DNA of 64,000 bases from Marsupella aquatica (lineage: Eukaryota > Plantae > Marchantiophyta): positions 3,268,490 through 3,332,489 of the forward strand of contig OZ316893.1 of assembly GCA_973895155.1 (NCBI GenBank). Reading direction: 5' to 3'. Numbering within the stretch: position 1 is the stretch's first letter; each line of letters opens with the position of its first letter. The position numbers were made by a program, and so were the translations under genes. This document shows positions 22,130 through 35,556 of this stretch, in pieces. Below the pieces are notes generated by a model. The model saw only the letters and a program-made list of their open reading frames with translations, was not told where the DNA came from and searched no databases.

Positions 22130-23164
22130 GGTATAACGACCGTGACAGTAAATAGTTAAAAGGAAACAGGAAACAGCAAAAACTAAACAGGAAAAATGTT
22201 CGAAAACAAGACACACAAAGATTGCCAAGATAATATGTAAGATAGAATATTCCCGATATTACTACTGTCCATATGTACATATTGGACTTGCCCCTTATGT
22301 TTCTGAGACAGGATTTTTGTGCGAATGTTACACTTTTGGTGAAAACTTCAAAAGGATGGCAACGCAAACTCCGGCTTCCACATAGATATTAAAGTGTGTT
22401 TATTATGAGAAAAATATGTACAACTGACTGGGCTCGAAAAACACCAAATTTATTCATAAAAGACAGTCATTCATTACTGAAAAGCTTAACATATTTCCGA
22501 CCAGCTTGTCCGAAGGTAATACAATGGAAAATTCTAATTGTAAGACTAGTCGAGAGGTAATCGACAAAGACAACCTTCGATGGCTAAAAACTCAAAACAA
22601 ATTGAGAGTCTGAGGGATCATCCATCCTTCTACATTGTTGGGATGAACGACAGCCCACACTAGCGCCGGGCGATACTGAAAACCATATCATTCCAATCTA
22701 AAGATCCAAGATCTTCCGATCTCAAGATCCAGGATCGCTGAACATATTGCCGACCGGCTTGTCCGAGGGAAATACAATGGAAAATCCTCACTGACGAATA
22801 TGAACTCAATGTCACTAAGGCTAGAAACTCAGTCCAAACTTTGAGTCCGAGGAATCGCCTCCGAGATATGATTGCCCATGTTAGCGTCGGGCGCTACTCA
22901 AAACTATGGCGTCCTTCTCAAGATCCAGGATTGCACGAAGATCCACATTCATCGTCCACCCCTGCTTTCGCTCTATAGCAATCTTGCTGAAAACCAAATG
23001 TGCAAAATCAGGAATATCGTTGACTCGGAAGTCTTTGAGCTGGAACTGAGGAAGAAGGACCTGGACAATTTGTGTCGTGGAAATCGACACGCCCAAGGAA
23101 CTCCGCAGTGCGCACTTCAACTTCCCAATCAATATTCGCTGATGGATCTTGGGGAGTGGGATAG

Positions 23165-26100
23165 TGTGATGCCTAGCCAGGAATCACTCGGCCAGTGAAG
23201 TGGGTAAAGTAGGAGTGCACCCTAGAAACACCTTAGTATAGGGACAAAACAAGGAAAATATAAACAATTAAGGGCGACTATGGAACCCGGGCCGAGGCCG
23301 AAGGTAAGGACGCTGGGGGTGAAAACTCGATTAGGGTTAGGGCGCGTTAAGCGTCGGCGGCCAGGAAGGATCAACGGGAGGAAGAACCGGAAGAGGAGAG
23401 GGGTAAGGAGCGCTTGCAAGAGATGGTGGCTCATTTGTGAGCACGAACTAGGTAGACGACTACGGGAGGCCAACTACTGACAGTTGCTTAGGCAAGCACT
23501 CGGGGAGAGAGTAGATACCGACGATCGACCTAAGGAGGGTATGAGCAACGTCAATCAAGCAGCACATTTCTGGGGATGTCTGTTCGAACGGGCAACTGAG
23601 TACATCAAGACTTACGAGGACGAGGAATCAGAAAGGGCAGCTCGAGAACGGCAGGAGCTCGCTCGATTGTGGGAGCTGCAGAAGACGGCTTTCTTAGGAG
23701 GCAAACTCATTAAGGACGAGTTCTTGTGGACTCCTACTTCCAATCAGCTCGACAATCTTCTGTTTTGCAAAGACAGCGTCGTCGGCATCCGAGAGGCCAT
23801 CAAGAACTGCAACGACATACACTGGGAATTGAAGGGTAGCACGGAAAGGTGGACCCAGGCAACGGTGCTAGGAGAAACCTCCACGGCAGCAAAGATGAAG
23901 AGGAAGGGAGCCGTCAACGATGAAGCCACCCCGGCAAAAAGAACAAGGTCGGCGGCACCAAAGAAGCCAGCCGAGCAGCAGAGCAGGAGGCACGGGGAAG
24001 CCGAAGAGGAGGAGGTTGATCCCATCAAGGCCATTCCAACCAGGGATGACACCTGGAAGGGCTGGGCGGCAACCCTACCGGTGGAGGTGCAACTACATTT
24101 TGCACGGGAGGAGGATGCATGCTTTACGACCATGCAGACCAAGAAGTACCAAGGCTTCATGGCCGGATCCGGCTTAGAGGCCTTTGTAAGATTACCATGG
24201 CTGAAGCCGGAAGTACCGGATTCAGACCTATTAGAATTCGTGGGGTCATGGGAACCCGAGACCAATTGCACAAGGATATATGGGAAGGATTTCTATCTTA
24301 CTCCCAAAGTGATTGCCGAAGTGTTTGGCTTGCCGATAGGCAATAAGACCAAAGTTGATACCAGGAAGACCTTGCCTGACAAGGAGTTCCGGTCGTTCCC
24401 CGGGCCATCAACGAAGAATGGCTTCTTCCGGAACACCTGCACCAACCCACACATAGGAGAGATGATCGACTTCTTGCGGGTGACCATGCATTGTAACTTG
24501 CCGAGGGCAGAGATTGGCAAGGCACAGGTCTATCCGGCAGAGAGGCCAGACCCAAGCCGGCACTACAACGGGTACCTCCTCAACCAATTGAAGAAAATCT
24601 TGAAGGAGGAGCAGCAGGTAATCGGCATGCGGAGCGTGTCGCGGCTTGGCTATCACATGCCGCTGTTGTGCCGGTATGCCAGAGGTCAGACTTTTGCCCC
24701 AGTACTTCCCCTGCAAGTAAGGGCACCCGAGGAAGCTCCAGAACCGAGGCCGGTAGCAGAGAAGCCTCAACCACCTGTTAGCCCTACGATCGAGCAGGTG
24801 TTTAGACCAAGGAAGGAGGACTTGCCAATGCAGCAACCAGGCATACAGAGTCTGCTGAAACTACTGGAGAAAGAAAAGAGATCGGCATCGGCAACGACAA
24901 TGGCAACGGCAACAATGCAGGACACTACTCCAGAGGTAGGCCTACACCGGCTCACAAGAGAAAACCCCTTTGCTGGAGACAAGGAGAGAATCAGGCCGGA
25001 ATCCAAGCCAGATGTTCGAATGTATGTGGGAGTCTCAAGCTTTGAATCTGAGGCTGAATTGCCTGAAGCTCCTACGGACGAAGAGGAGAGGGAGAAGCCG
25101 GAAGTCCAAGAAGTAGAGGAGGCAGTGGAGGACTGCAGCCATGATAACTCCGGCTATGGGTCGGACCATCACGTTCCAGGAGTAAGGACCTATGGCCGGT
25201 TTGTCCCCACACTTCCAAGGGTAGTGCGAGGGGACCCCAACCAGCAGAGTAGCCCTGAGTCTCCCCCACCAGATGTTGCTCCCCCGAGCTTTGACAGCAT
25301 AAAACAGATGGCGCAGGAATTTCAGGAGTGAATCAGGCAGGAAGAGGAGGCAGCCCTGGCTAGAGAAAAGGATTTTCCACGAGGAGATTGGCCGGAGGAC
25401 ATCAGGCGGCTAGCCGAAAAAGGAAGCAAACCTCTAGCCACGATTAAAGAGATCCGCAAGACGGCTTGGGAGCAGAGGCCGCGATGGGCGATGCCGATCA
25501 CTTCTACTTACTCCACCTACGCTAAGAATAGAGCCATGGAGTATGGTGAGATGTGTGGGGAACTTGCGCTCGGCATCTTTGGAGAGGAGTTGGAGGTAGG
25601 ACCCTTTTTCCATAGGGAGCAGTTGGAGAAGCACCAGTTAGAAGAAGCGGTGGCTTTGGAGAGAAGCAAGAAGGACGAGGTCATTCGGCGGCTTAGGAGA
25701 ATGGAAGCCGAGATTGAAGATCTAAGGGCGGCCAAGAAAGCCCAAGATGAACTGCGGATTAAACGGCATGAGCTGAACATCATGCAGGGGCAGTTGGACA
25801 CCGCGCAGGCTGATAATCAGAATATCAAGGATAAACTGACTCAGACGCAGGGAGAGTTGGCCGATACGATCAAAGAGAGGGAGAAGTGGAAGCGAGAGCT
25901 AAGGAATGCAGAGGAGGCCCACATAACAGCCAACACCCGGGCCATGGCGGAGACCCAAAGAAAGGAATGGGCGTTGAAGGGGGAGCTCGAGAAAATCCGC
26001 AGAGCCCTTGAGCAGAAGGAGGTCAAGTTAGGAAAATCCTATCAAGGGATTATGGCGCTGCAGCAAGAGCTTGCGTCCCTGACGGCCAGCTTCAAGGCCG

Positions 26101-27834
26101 ACCTAAGGCAGAAGGACGAGATGCTCGATCAGACTTACGCCAAGATGAATCAGATGGAGTCTGTCATCATTGCAGAGCTCGACAAGGAGCTAAGAGCAAC
26201 CCGGGAGGAGAGGGCTACCTTGAAGAAAGAACGGGAGGAAGCCCAGAAGGAACTAGAGGAGGCGCGCAAGGACCTGGATGAGACCCAGGAGGAGTTGGAG
26301 GAAATCACGAGGAAGATGGAGAACCTCCAGCGGCGGGCCGACAACCAAATAGAGCGGCTGAAGAAACAAGCCACAGTATTTAAGTGCTTGTCTTCATCAG
26401 GCCCAACTCCAATTGGGGTAACCAAGTTACCAGGAGTGGTACTGGCCGAAGAAAAAGCCGCGCCACCTGCACCAGTGCCGGAAGTAAGTGGGAGGGGGAA
26501 GGGACCAGTTGCCGAACCAGAAAAGAAGAAGAAGCGGAAACCTTCAGGGTCAAGGAATAATACGACTCCACTGGCCGTGGTGACCAAGGAGGTAGACCCA
26601 GCACCAACCTCCGGCATGAACACGGCAATAGATCCCGCTATCACCAAGGGTGGGGAAGGTGCGGCCCAAGCCGAACTACTCAATCATGAGGCCGGTATCC
26701 CAGATCCGCCTCTTGAGCAAGCCTGGGAAACCGTAGCCGAGGCTGAGGCCATAGCCGAGAATGATTCCCGAGCCGATGCCGACGCCGATGGTGGACCCAG
26801 TCAGGCCGATGGAGAGTTGACTCAGTCAAGGGCAGGTAATCTGTCAGAAAACGAACCTACGGCAGTGGCTGAGGAGGAAGCGTTGGGGGCGTCCATTGAG
26901 GATCCACCACCGGTGTCGTGACGGTGCAAGGGCGCCGTTCCTTTTAGGAAGGGCGGACGTGGAGGGAGGAGGCGTGAGTGGGCAGGACGGACGCTGATCT
27001 CCACGTTTAGGATTAGGATCAGGACCAGGAGCGGCCCTGACACATAGCTTAGTGGGATTGCGGTTCCACTAGTAGGAGCAACACTTGTGCTCCTGCCTTG
27101 CTGTACATAGGTAGATCCGGGCAAGTAGATTATTGTTAGGTAGATTAGGCTTACGCTGCAAAGAATTAGGCGGATCCACTACCAGGATAAGTACCTGGGC
27201 AGCGGGGAGCTCAGGGCCTCTTCTTAGCAAGTTTTTAGTTTGCACCAGCCGGGCTGGGATCAAGTAGTAAGAGAAGCTCTCGGTTAGTCATACAGTGACC
27301 CTTGTGTATATTCATGTTTCCTCATGCCTAAGAGCTTAATAGAGTTGGCCTCACGGCTTAGTTCGCAGAACTTGTGTATGAGATGTACTATTTGTATGGC
27401 AAGTGCATGGTATGACTCAGTCAGAATGAGTCATTTTGCTATTTGTGTGTCGCATTAACTTGTGTGAAGAGTGCCCACATCAACCAGAAGGAAGGAAAGT
27501 AAGCGGGGGAGTGAGAGTTGGATGTGTCGAGCTGAGAGAGGTCTTAGCGGCTTAACCAAGCCTATTGGGGATCATTCCGGCGGCGGAATCCAAACATACC
27601 TAACAAGAAGGAGGGGAAGACGAGGGAAGGCCTAGATTAGGCCGGTTACGTATCTCATGACCCGATGAAGGATCTGTCCAGTATATGTGTGTAAAATGTT
27701 AATAGTAGTAGGAGAAGGTTAGCAGCGTCCCATGCCGCTAAGCCGTGGAACCGGCCTCGCCAAGCGCGAAACCTGCGGGAATCGGCTTGAGCTGGGGGGT
27801 TTCTTGGGTTTAGGGAGCGATGGGACGCACCACA
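23165..27834 (+). mobile_element. Solo LTR of gypsy family A (4,670 bp)
   Basis: TGTGATG...CACCACA with perfect 5-bp TSD GATAG (23160-23164, 27835-27839); no internal domain. Confidence 0.97.
23280..26921 (+). pseudogene. Disrupted LTR-encoded protein in the solo LTR
   Basis: One reading frame throughout, with stops at 23478 and 25329; fewer coiled-coil heptads and a divergent C-terminal segment. Confidence 0.88.
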
Positions 27835-28920
27835 GATAGTGAATCGAGAAACGTTCCTGAAATGGTCTAGGGGGAGAATCGGGAAGCCATGGAATGTTTC
27901 GATCCCCAGGACTCATCCCTTCATCACGAGGCAAGAAAATATGATTTCGAATGTCCGATGTCTCCGTCACGACACTCTCATTGTCCACAATGGATGTGGA
28001 TGAAAGATTAGTTTCCGATTGCGCCACCAACAATGGGACATGGCGCGGTGGCCTTGCGCCGCTACCATTACCAATGTTCGGGACTCCATGCTCCATCACT
28101 CTGGAATCAGGATGGAATGACTTACTTTCTTCAAATGATGCAAAATGAGGAACGGGAAAGGAAAAAAGCGCTGTAAACCCAAAACAAAAACTCTCTCTAT
28201 GAACAACGTCCGAAAAGTTTTGGGGAAACAGAAGTGGATCTCATTCCTTGTATAGGCGTAGTTACCGGAGGGAACGGCCCAATGCCAATGAGGAGGAAAA
28301 AAATCCGATAGAATCGACAAGAATTCCAACGGTAACAATCCCTAACAACGGATCCAAAGACCAGCATAAGAGACAATTTGGCTAACGCCAGGCGCTATCA
28401 AAGTGAAACAGTAATTATCATCACTGATGGACGAGAACATAAAAGACTGGGAAACAAAATTGGCGTTGACTGTGTCTTTCGAAAATGCCAACAATTCAAA
28501 TATATAAAAATTAAGGTTAAGGGTTTCCCATTTTTACCAAATAACGATGAGAGAAAATAGTCATTTAACGGCAGTATTCGAAACCGACCAACGACCATTG
28601 GACAATATTTGTTGCCTATCAATAGACTCCAACGGTAACAATGTCCGCGATACACACCTGTTTGGCTAACGCCCGACGCTAACAAAAAATCACAAAAAAT
28701 TGGCTAACGCCTGGCGCTATCCAACATAGGTCCCAAGAATTCAAAATATTCACTCCCAATCTTGGTCGAGATAATCCAATGATTTTGTATAAGTCTCTAA
28801 AACTCTAGACTTATAGAGATTCAAGATTCAATAGAACTTGGACCTCACGAATGACGCAAATAAACCGAGAACATAGTATTTATTATATGTGGATTCTTGA
28901 AATTGGTTTACAATGAAATT

Positions 28921-29743
28921 CTAATCGGAGGAATCTGCCTCACTACTCTTGGACCTATCGGTAGATTCCGCCTCATCGTCCACAAACTCACTTCTACAAA
29001 TGTCATCCACAAACCTCCTCACCAAAAACTTCCTATCACAACCTCTCCTTAGACGAAGGCCCTTCGTTTCCCAAGACAATGTTCGGCACCTCTCAACTTT
29101 TCTGGCCGCCTTCTCTGCGTATGATGGAAGGATAAATGGTTTTTCTGGTGTCATCTCCAATGCTTCAGCAATCGTTTTCCGAAGGTCAAACCTTCTCCGC
29201 ATATTCCACTCCGACCTGAAAGTTTTCTTAGATATTAAAAATCTGTACATGTAAAAATATCTTATTGAAAACAGTCGTGAATTTGGATCGGGCTTACGAG
29301 CATTACTGAGAAGACTCCTCATCCTCGGATTCAGATTCTGATCCCAAAGTATTTCTCTTATCTTCCTCGTCATCTCCAAGATCGACGACGGGAACATCTT
29401 CCTCATCAGGTTCCCCAGCACCATCCGCCTCGCTCTCTTCAGAATCAAAGTTTAAAATTGATCTAACTCTGTCCAACTTCTCTTTCCCCTTCCTTGAGAT
29501 TGTCTTTTCTGGAGTCAAAGTTGACTTTGGCTCCAAAATGTCATCTAGCATAAATCTTGTAGCAGTCACAAACTCTCTCCGCCCTTCGACACCAATAACA
29601 AATCTACCACAAACACGATTTCGGACCGATCGAGAAGTGTGTCGGAGTTCTCGTTTAGCCCGATCCCATTTTTTTTCTAAGGCAATGCAATGACCGATAA
29701 AACTGGCAAAAACTCTTCGAAACGCCACTTTCCTCCATTGCAT
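28921..29743 (-). pseudogene. Unknown MULE cargo ORF, two overlapping frames, acidic middle
   Basis: ORFs 29303-29743 and 28921-29448 have protein-like composition; no recognisable domain. Confidence 0.4.
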
Positions 29744-31126
29744 CGCCGCGGGAATGCAGGGAGCGATACGTGCATCGGGTTTTACATTTCGTCAGTGAAA
29801 AAGTCCGAACTGCGAGTAACTTGGTCCGAACCGCGTAATCCAGGAACGACCACGCACTAACCCAGGTAAAGGGGAAACTTAACCATGGTTAAGGGGAAAT
29901 TAACCATGGTTTAGAGCGTCTCCATAAAGAGGAGCGGGCTGCCCATAAAACGTTTGCTTTCGCCAGAGCAAATATCTCCTGACTGAGAGCGAATACCAAA
30001 CTCCCATCGAGTCTTACATTCCTCCCAAGCGATTCGACTCTTTCTACCGAAAACCCGATAAATTTATCGGAACAGCCATTCCTTTTAAAGTTCTCCATGT
30101 AAGACTAACTAGTCATTTAGTGTAAAATGTCTAGATCCGAGCGGACTGCGATAAATTTATCGCATTCTACATTCCTCTGTTGCAATCATTTGATCCAGTG
30201 TTTAGAGAGGTGTTGCCTTCATTCCGATAAATTTATCGGAGTCTTCATTCCTTTCATGGAAAGAGGAGTAATTGAGAATCCGATAAATTTATCGGAGTTG
30301 TCATTTTTGTGAAAGATTGAATTCAGGGCTTAGGTGTCTGAGGAAGTCATATTTTCAATTCGAATGCGGAGTGCGATAAACTTATTGCATCCTCCTCTGA
30401 GAATAATTTTCCTTTGTTTTGTTTGGAGACTCATCTTCATCTCTGATGTAGCAGTGTTGCCGGGTTTAGGAGGCACAACGGAAGGTCGATTGCACTCCGT
30501 GGACAACAGGTATTGTGACAAATGGCTGTCTTCCTTGAAAATCATGTCAAACGTGCACGCCGGTTGTACAAGAGACTCGTGCGACTCAAAGTTCTCCCCA
30601 TCGGTATAGGAGCATTGTGGATGGGTGGTACTGATCCTGGAGATAGGCAGAATCCTCTCCGCATTGAATTCTGCGGAATGAATGATGCAGGAGTTCCAAT
30701 TCGTTCGAGGTTGATGTTAACGGCGTGTTTACATTCTTTGGAGTTTTCTTGTAACTATTATTGTCGTCGTCTTGACAACAAGTACCACAAACAGGCTCAC
30801 TTCTGTTGTAAGATTTGGAACGAAGACCCTTGGGTGAACCTTTCACGATGAGTGTTTCGACCTTTTCATTGAGGCACGTCTTGTAAGGACATATTTAAAT
30901 AAACAAGTCCTACCCTTGCGCAGCGAATATAATACGTCACGAGTCCTAATCGTTAAACTGTCGTGCAGGGTTGGTACTGTGGATGTGTTTGGTTACACCT
31001 GGTGATTGAAGGTATTTTTATTGGTGGTTTTGGTAGCTCTGCTTCATGGCTGCATCGGAGAATCTAATCGTTGCAAAGATGGGATCCGTTTTAGCCCACA
31101 AGCGTAGGAAATATATTTGAGGAAAA

Positions 31127-31411
31127 GTGCCCGGTGTGGAATGCGGAAGTTTGTTGAATGGACTTCCCGATCAACTTGTTGAATCTCACATTTGGCCTCT
31201 CCTAGCCTTGTCTTGCACACAAGATGAACACCTTGGCCTTGACCTAAAACTTCTACCAGAAGAACGATTGACTCGAATGAGAACAATCATTTGTCTTGGA
31301 GCCACCTCAAAGAAATGGAACCATCTTGTTGTTGGTACACAATTTTGTGCGCTATTGAAATATGCACTCCGTGAGATCAATGACAAACAAAATGCTCGCA
31401 AGCATTACTAA
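31127..31411 (+). pseudogene. F-box-like cargo ORF
   Basis: LNGLPDQLVESHIWPLL...LGATSKKWNHLV resembles the F-box consensus (LP.E...I...L...V[CS]K.W..L). Confidence 0.5.
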
Positions 31412-31756
31412 TGCCGACCTTCTCTCAAACATACATATTGCTAGGGTCTTCCAAGAGGAAACTCATTTCCTCCCTCCCATAGATATGCTTGGGTGATTTT
31501 CGTATGAGCAGTTAGATCAGTTTCGTAGAGTTTGGATAAATCTTGGAGAAAGCGGGAAGCGGACAATTCTTGCATGGCATGGATGAGTCTGAGTGGATGA
31601 GGCATTGCTGCGAACATCCGATAAATTTATCGCACTCCTCATTCCTCTAGTCGATTTTGGGTGCTCTAAGGTTTGCTCGAGAAGAGCTTGTAAAGAAACA
31701 CTTTGAATGTAATTGACTCTGCCTCCCCTGACTTCGGGTTGTGTGGTTCAGAGTGT

Positions 31757-32035
31757 ATTTATCTGATGTTGGTATTGCAAAAGTGGTTCCTTCATATGGA
31801 AGTTGCAATTTGAAATTGAAGCGATAAATTTATCTGATGTTGGTATTGCAAAAGGGGTTCCTTCATATGGAAGTTGCAATTTGAAATTGAAGCGATAAAT
31901 TTATCTGATGTTGGTATTGCAAAAGTGGTTCCTTCATATGGAAGTTGCAATTTTGAAATTGAAGCGATAAATTTATCTGATGTTGGTATTGCGAAGAGTT
32001 TTCTTCATATGGATAGGAATTTTGAAATTTAACCG
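31757..32035. repeat. ~70-bp tandem repeat, about 4 units
   Basis: Unit ATTTATCTGATGTTGGTATTGCAAAAGTGGTTCCTTCATATGGAAGTTGCAATTTGAAATTGAAGCGATAA. Confidence 0.9.
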
Positions 32036-32604
32036 ATGAACCGAAGGATCTTAGTATTGTCGACTAGTATTTTTGTCGCCCGTAGTTTTTGCGATAATTT
32101 TATCGGACTGCGCATTGCTGTTGAAAGAATGGCATGTTGACTATGGTCACTTGCGGAGGTAACTGGTCAATTGTGGAGGTAACTGCAAGGTAAGTTTGAC
32201 GAACCGTGCAGTAATTCTTATCGACTATGATGTAAAATATTTTTGGTAAATATCCAAAAACTGAGAAAATCGAGATTGGGTCGGAGCTTTCGTGGCTCAA
32301 ATCCGGAGTCCGATACAGTTATTGCACTTGGCTCGAAACGTGGATATGGATTTATAGTTAAGATCTTTCATATATCTTCGGAGAGCGTGAATATGAGGTT
32401 GAGGAGAAAGTTTTTCGGATCTAATTGTTCATTGATAATATGAATGTTTGTTAGCATGAATTTCATTGGTTTTGATCATTATTAAATTTGCTGTTTCAAT
32501 CCGAACTCCGATACGAATTACATTATTTCCCCAAAAACATGTTTTTGATGAAAAAAACTGCCGATTTTGCGAGATTCGGCGGAAAATGAAAACACACTTC
32601 TCAT

Positions 32605-35556
32605 TTAGAGGAAATAGTTCTCGTTCGGTCCGAAATCGTGTTCATAATAGTCTCCCGCCACAAATGAACTTCCCGAACAAGCGGTCCAGTCAATGAAAAT
32701 ATTCCCACGACAGGAGATGAGCTCTATGACAGATTGCATAAACCCAATTGTGAGCCTTCCATTTCCACAGGCCACAAGGTCTAGCATTGGATCAATCTTT
32801 AAAGACGGAAGTCCTATAAGATTCGTAACAGAGGGATCTTCGGAGGGTGACAATGGACGAAACTTGGGGTCTTTGGGGATTGAAGTTTTGCTTGAAACAC
32901 GGCCGAATATATCCAACCTCAGCGTGAAGATCTGAAAAACAAAATAATAGTGAGGTCATGGTAAACAGTTTCAACTAGCATAGTGATACATAATATTAGC
33001 GCCTAGCGCTGGCCAAAAAGTAATGCAGATAATTCTTACCTGAGTATCAGACTTAGGTTTGTACATAGGAAACCCGACGTTTCTTCTTCCTCCTAATGCT
33101 GGTTGCATCCACGGGTGGAACACTCACATCCTCAGGCGTTGCTGAACCTTCAGGCGGCTCATCATCCTTCCCGGCACTAATTTCACGAGAGGCCTCTGGT
33201 GTTACAGTTCCGGCATTACCAGAAACCAACCCCGCGTCTGATTTTTGAGACCCTGCTAAAAAACGAAATTGTGGTTAATAATAGCGCCGGGCGCTAGCCA
33301 ACACTATGTTTCGACAACTAGACAGAACTAGAAAAACAAACATAGGAACTCACTCTTTCGGGTCTCTTTATGAGATCCACTTGGGGTTGTTTCTTGCTTG
33401 GCTTTCGCTCTGGGTTTCTGACTCCTTGCAACTTGGACGACTCGAGTCTCGCAAATCCTTTGTAGCTCTATGGCCGATCAATCTATCTCTTCATTGGTCG
33501 CTTGCTTCATCTCCGACATAATATTCTTTGGAACTATATTCTTCGATAACTTCTGGAAAGCATCTTTCTCCGTATCATCAAATGGGGAACTCCACTTCTC
33601 TGTGTCAAGATACCATGGACAATGCAAAACCTCCCAGATTGTCATCTTTCTTGGGGGAAACTTCCCTTCTGCTGGGTACATCGAGTACCCAAGAAAGTCC
33701 CCAGACGCTTCAGACCTCAAAATTACAACGGCCCACTTTTGAAAGGCACCAGGATAGGCCCAAAAATAGGAAGGGTCACTCCTCTCCATTTTCATGTAAT
33801 ATCTATACAAATATCTCTTTGCTCTCTTGCGGTTGATATCACTCAAATCCTCCTTATCAGCGTACTTGGATTCCCAGCTGTTGTTGAAGAACTTGGCCCT
33901 TACGGAATCACCGTACTTTCTAAAATCCTCTAAAATCACTTCCCTCAACTTCTCAAATGTCATGACCTCTCCGACCAGTGTTGAAAGACGTTGTTCTGTA
34001 CACGAAGCCATAACTTCGTTCAAAGACGCATCTAAGAGAGCAGTGGCTATCCCCTCAATTGTATTCCAAACATGCCAGGTGTGACACCACTGCTTGACGG
34101 GGTCATCAGAAACGCCAAAGGGATGAAAAAACTGTTTCCGTAAGTCGGGAGTACAATGAGCAACGAGAAGTGTACTTTGCAGCTTTGGATCTAATGCCGA
34201 ATTGGCAGTGAACAAGCGAGCTCTATCCATCGTGCAGAATACGGCGTCAGGGACCTTCTCGCGTTTCAGCCGATCAGTAAGACTATACATTTCTGCACAA
34301 GTGTCCATGAAATCTTCAAACTCTGGGCTCAGCAAGGAAGTGAGCTTAGGAGTTTTCACGGTCCACTCCTTAGTTTCTTCCTTCATCATCTGATTGTGAT
34401 GAAGATTGGTCTCTTCGACAAACCATGGTGCACCGGAATTGCTCGCCTGGGTCTTCATCACCTGGAATTGCTGCGAGTAGGACTTGATCTTATTCTCACA
34501 TAAGATATAGACCAAAGCCTCCATTGGCATCTTCTTAGTAAACCAAGAACCTTTTCGGGTCCCTTTCTGAGTCTTCTCAAATTTGGCGTAATTCGCTTCG
34601 TCTATGATGGGTTTATAATATTCAAGATCATGTGCCAAAATCCTCCTGATTCTGTCCGCGTCCAGAATCCAAGAAGACTCTACAACTGCTTGCCCCGTCC
34701 TGTGAAATTCAGCATATTAGAAATAGCACCTGGCGCTAACATAGACCCTTAAACCAAACAGAACATAGAATGCACAGACAGAAACCGAGAAATTTGAGAG
34801 TTTCAATCATTGGTGAGAGACAACTCACTGGTTCACAATGTGCATCGCTGCTTCAATCTCGATGATAGTTTCCTTGTCCCCCTTGAATATTGTGCACTTC
34901 ACTCGAGGATGATACTTTGGATTCTCTGGGCTCTCACTAGTAACTTGTGTCCACAAAAATAGTTGATGATTCCCATCAAAAACTGAGAACATTTTGTCCT
35001 TGAGGACCAAGAAAGCGGGGTCTGCTTCACATTTGGCTTCAAACAATTGGTTCTCCGCAACCCAAATCGGATCCCAGGTGCTCCGAATGTCATCTGTACA
35101 CAACTGTGGAGCACCTTCGGCGTCGGATGGTTGGACAAAAAACCGCATGCCTATGGACGAATTGTACCCAGATGTCCTGAAGGAGTCCTTCAGCTTCTCG
35201 ATTGATTGACTATTCCTCTGAAGAGTGCGGACGACCTCTATATGAACGAGACGGCATAACGGAATCCGCGGGGGTTCCTTTGGTAATCCATTCGCATCAA
35301 CGCCAAACGACATGACGTGCTTTTCTATCACATCGACCACTGATTTCTCAATATCTTTGGCATTCTGGACAGCAAACTCACCGACTTGCTCCATTTTTGC
35401 TCGCCTTGGTTTTGGACATGGAAGCTCTACCTGACTGAGGGGATACTGCGCAGTGGAATGAGTTATCCTTCGACTCAAAACACAACTAGAATACGACGAC
35501 TCTGAAGACTGAGAATGGTTTGGTGACCCAGATCCCATTTCGTTATACTCTCTCAC
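32605..35556 (-). pseudogene. Four-exon gene: N-terminal ParB/Sulfiredoxin-like domain, unknown middle, C-terminal N6A/N4C DNA-methyltransferase motif-I-like segment
   Basis: Exons ~35556-34829, 34699-33354, 33252-33040, 32931-32605 with GT-AG borders; exons 1-3 splice in frame. IPLCRL...VR...IEKLKDSF...GY...FSVFDGNHQ is ParB-like (DGNHR). FMQSVIELISCRGNIFIDWTACSGSSFVA is SAM-binding-like. Stop at 33478, frame break late in exon 3, no DPPY-type motif seen. Confidence 0.6.

Larger units (their letters stand above)
30055..32106. repeat. Cluster of ~10 palindromes, core CGATAAATTTATCG
   Basis: Copies at ~30055, 30147, 30223, 30279, 30373, 31618, 31822, 31892, 31964 and 32091; several are perfect over 16-18 bp. 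Confidence 0.9.

Noticed and set aside
29869-29912. Duplicated AAGGGGAAA(C)TTAACCATGGTT as the end of a nested element
   Set aside because: No matching terminus or TSD found near 32.1-32.6 kb.
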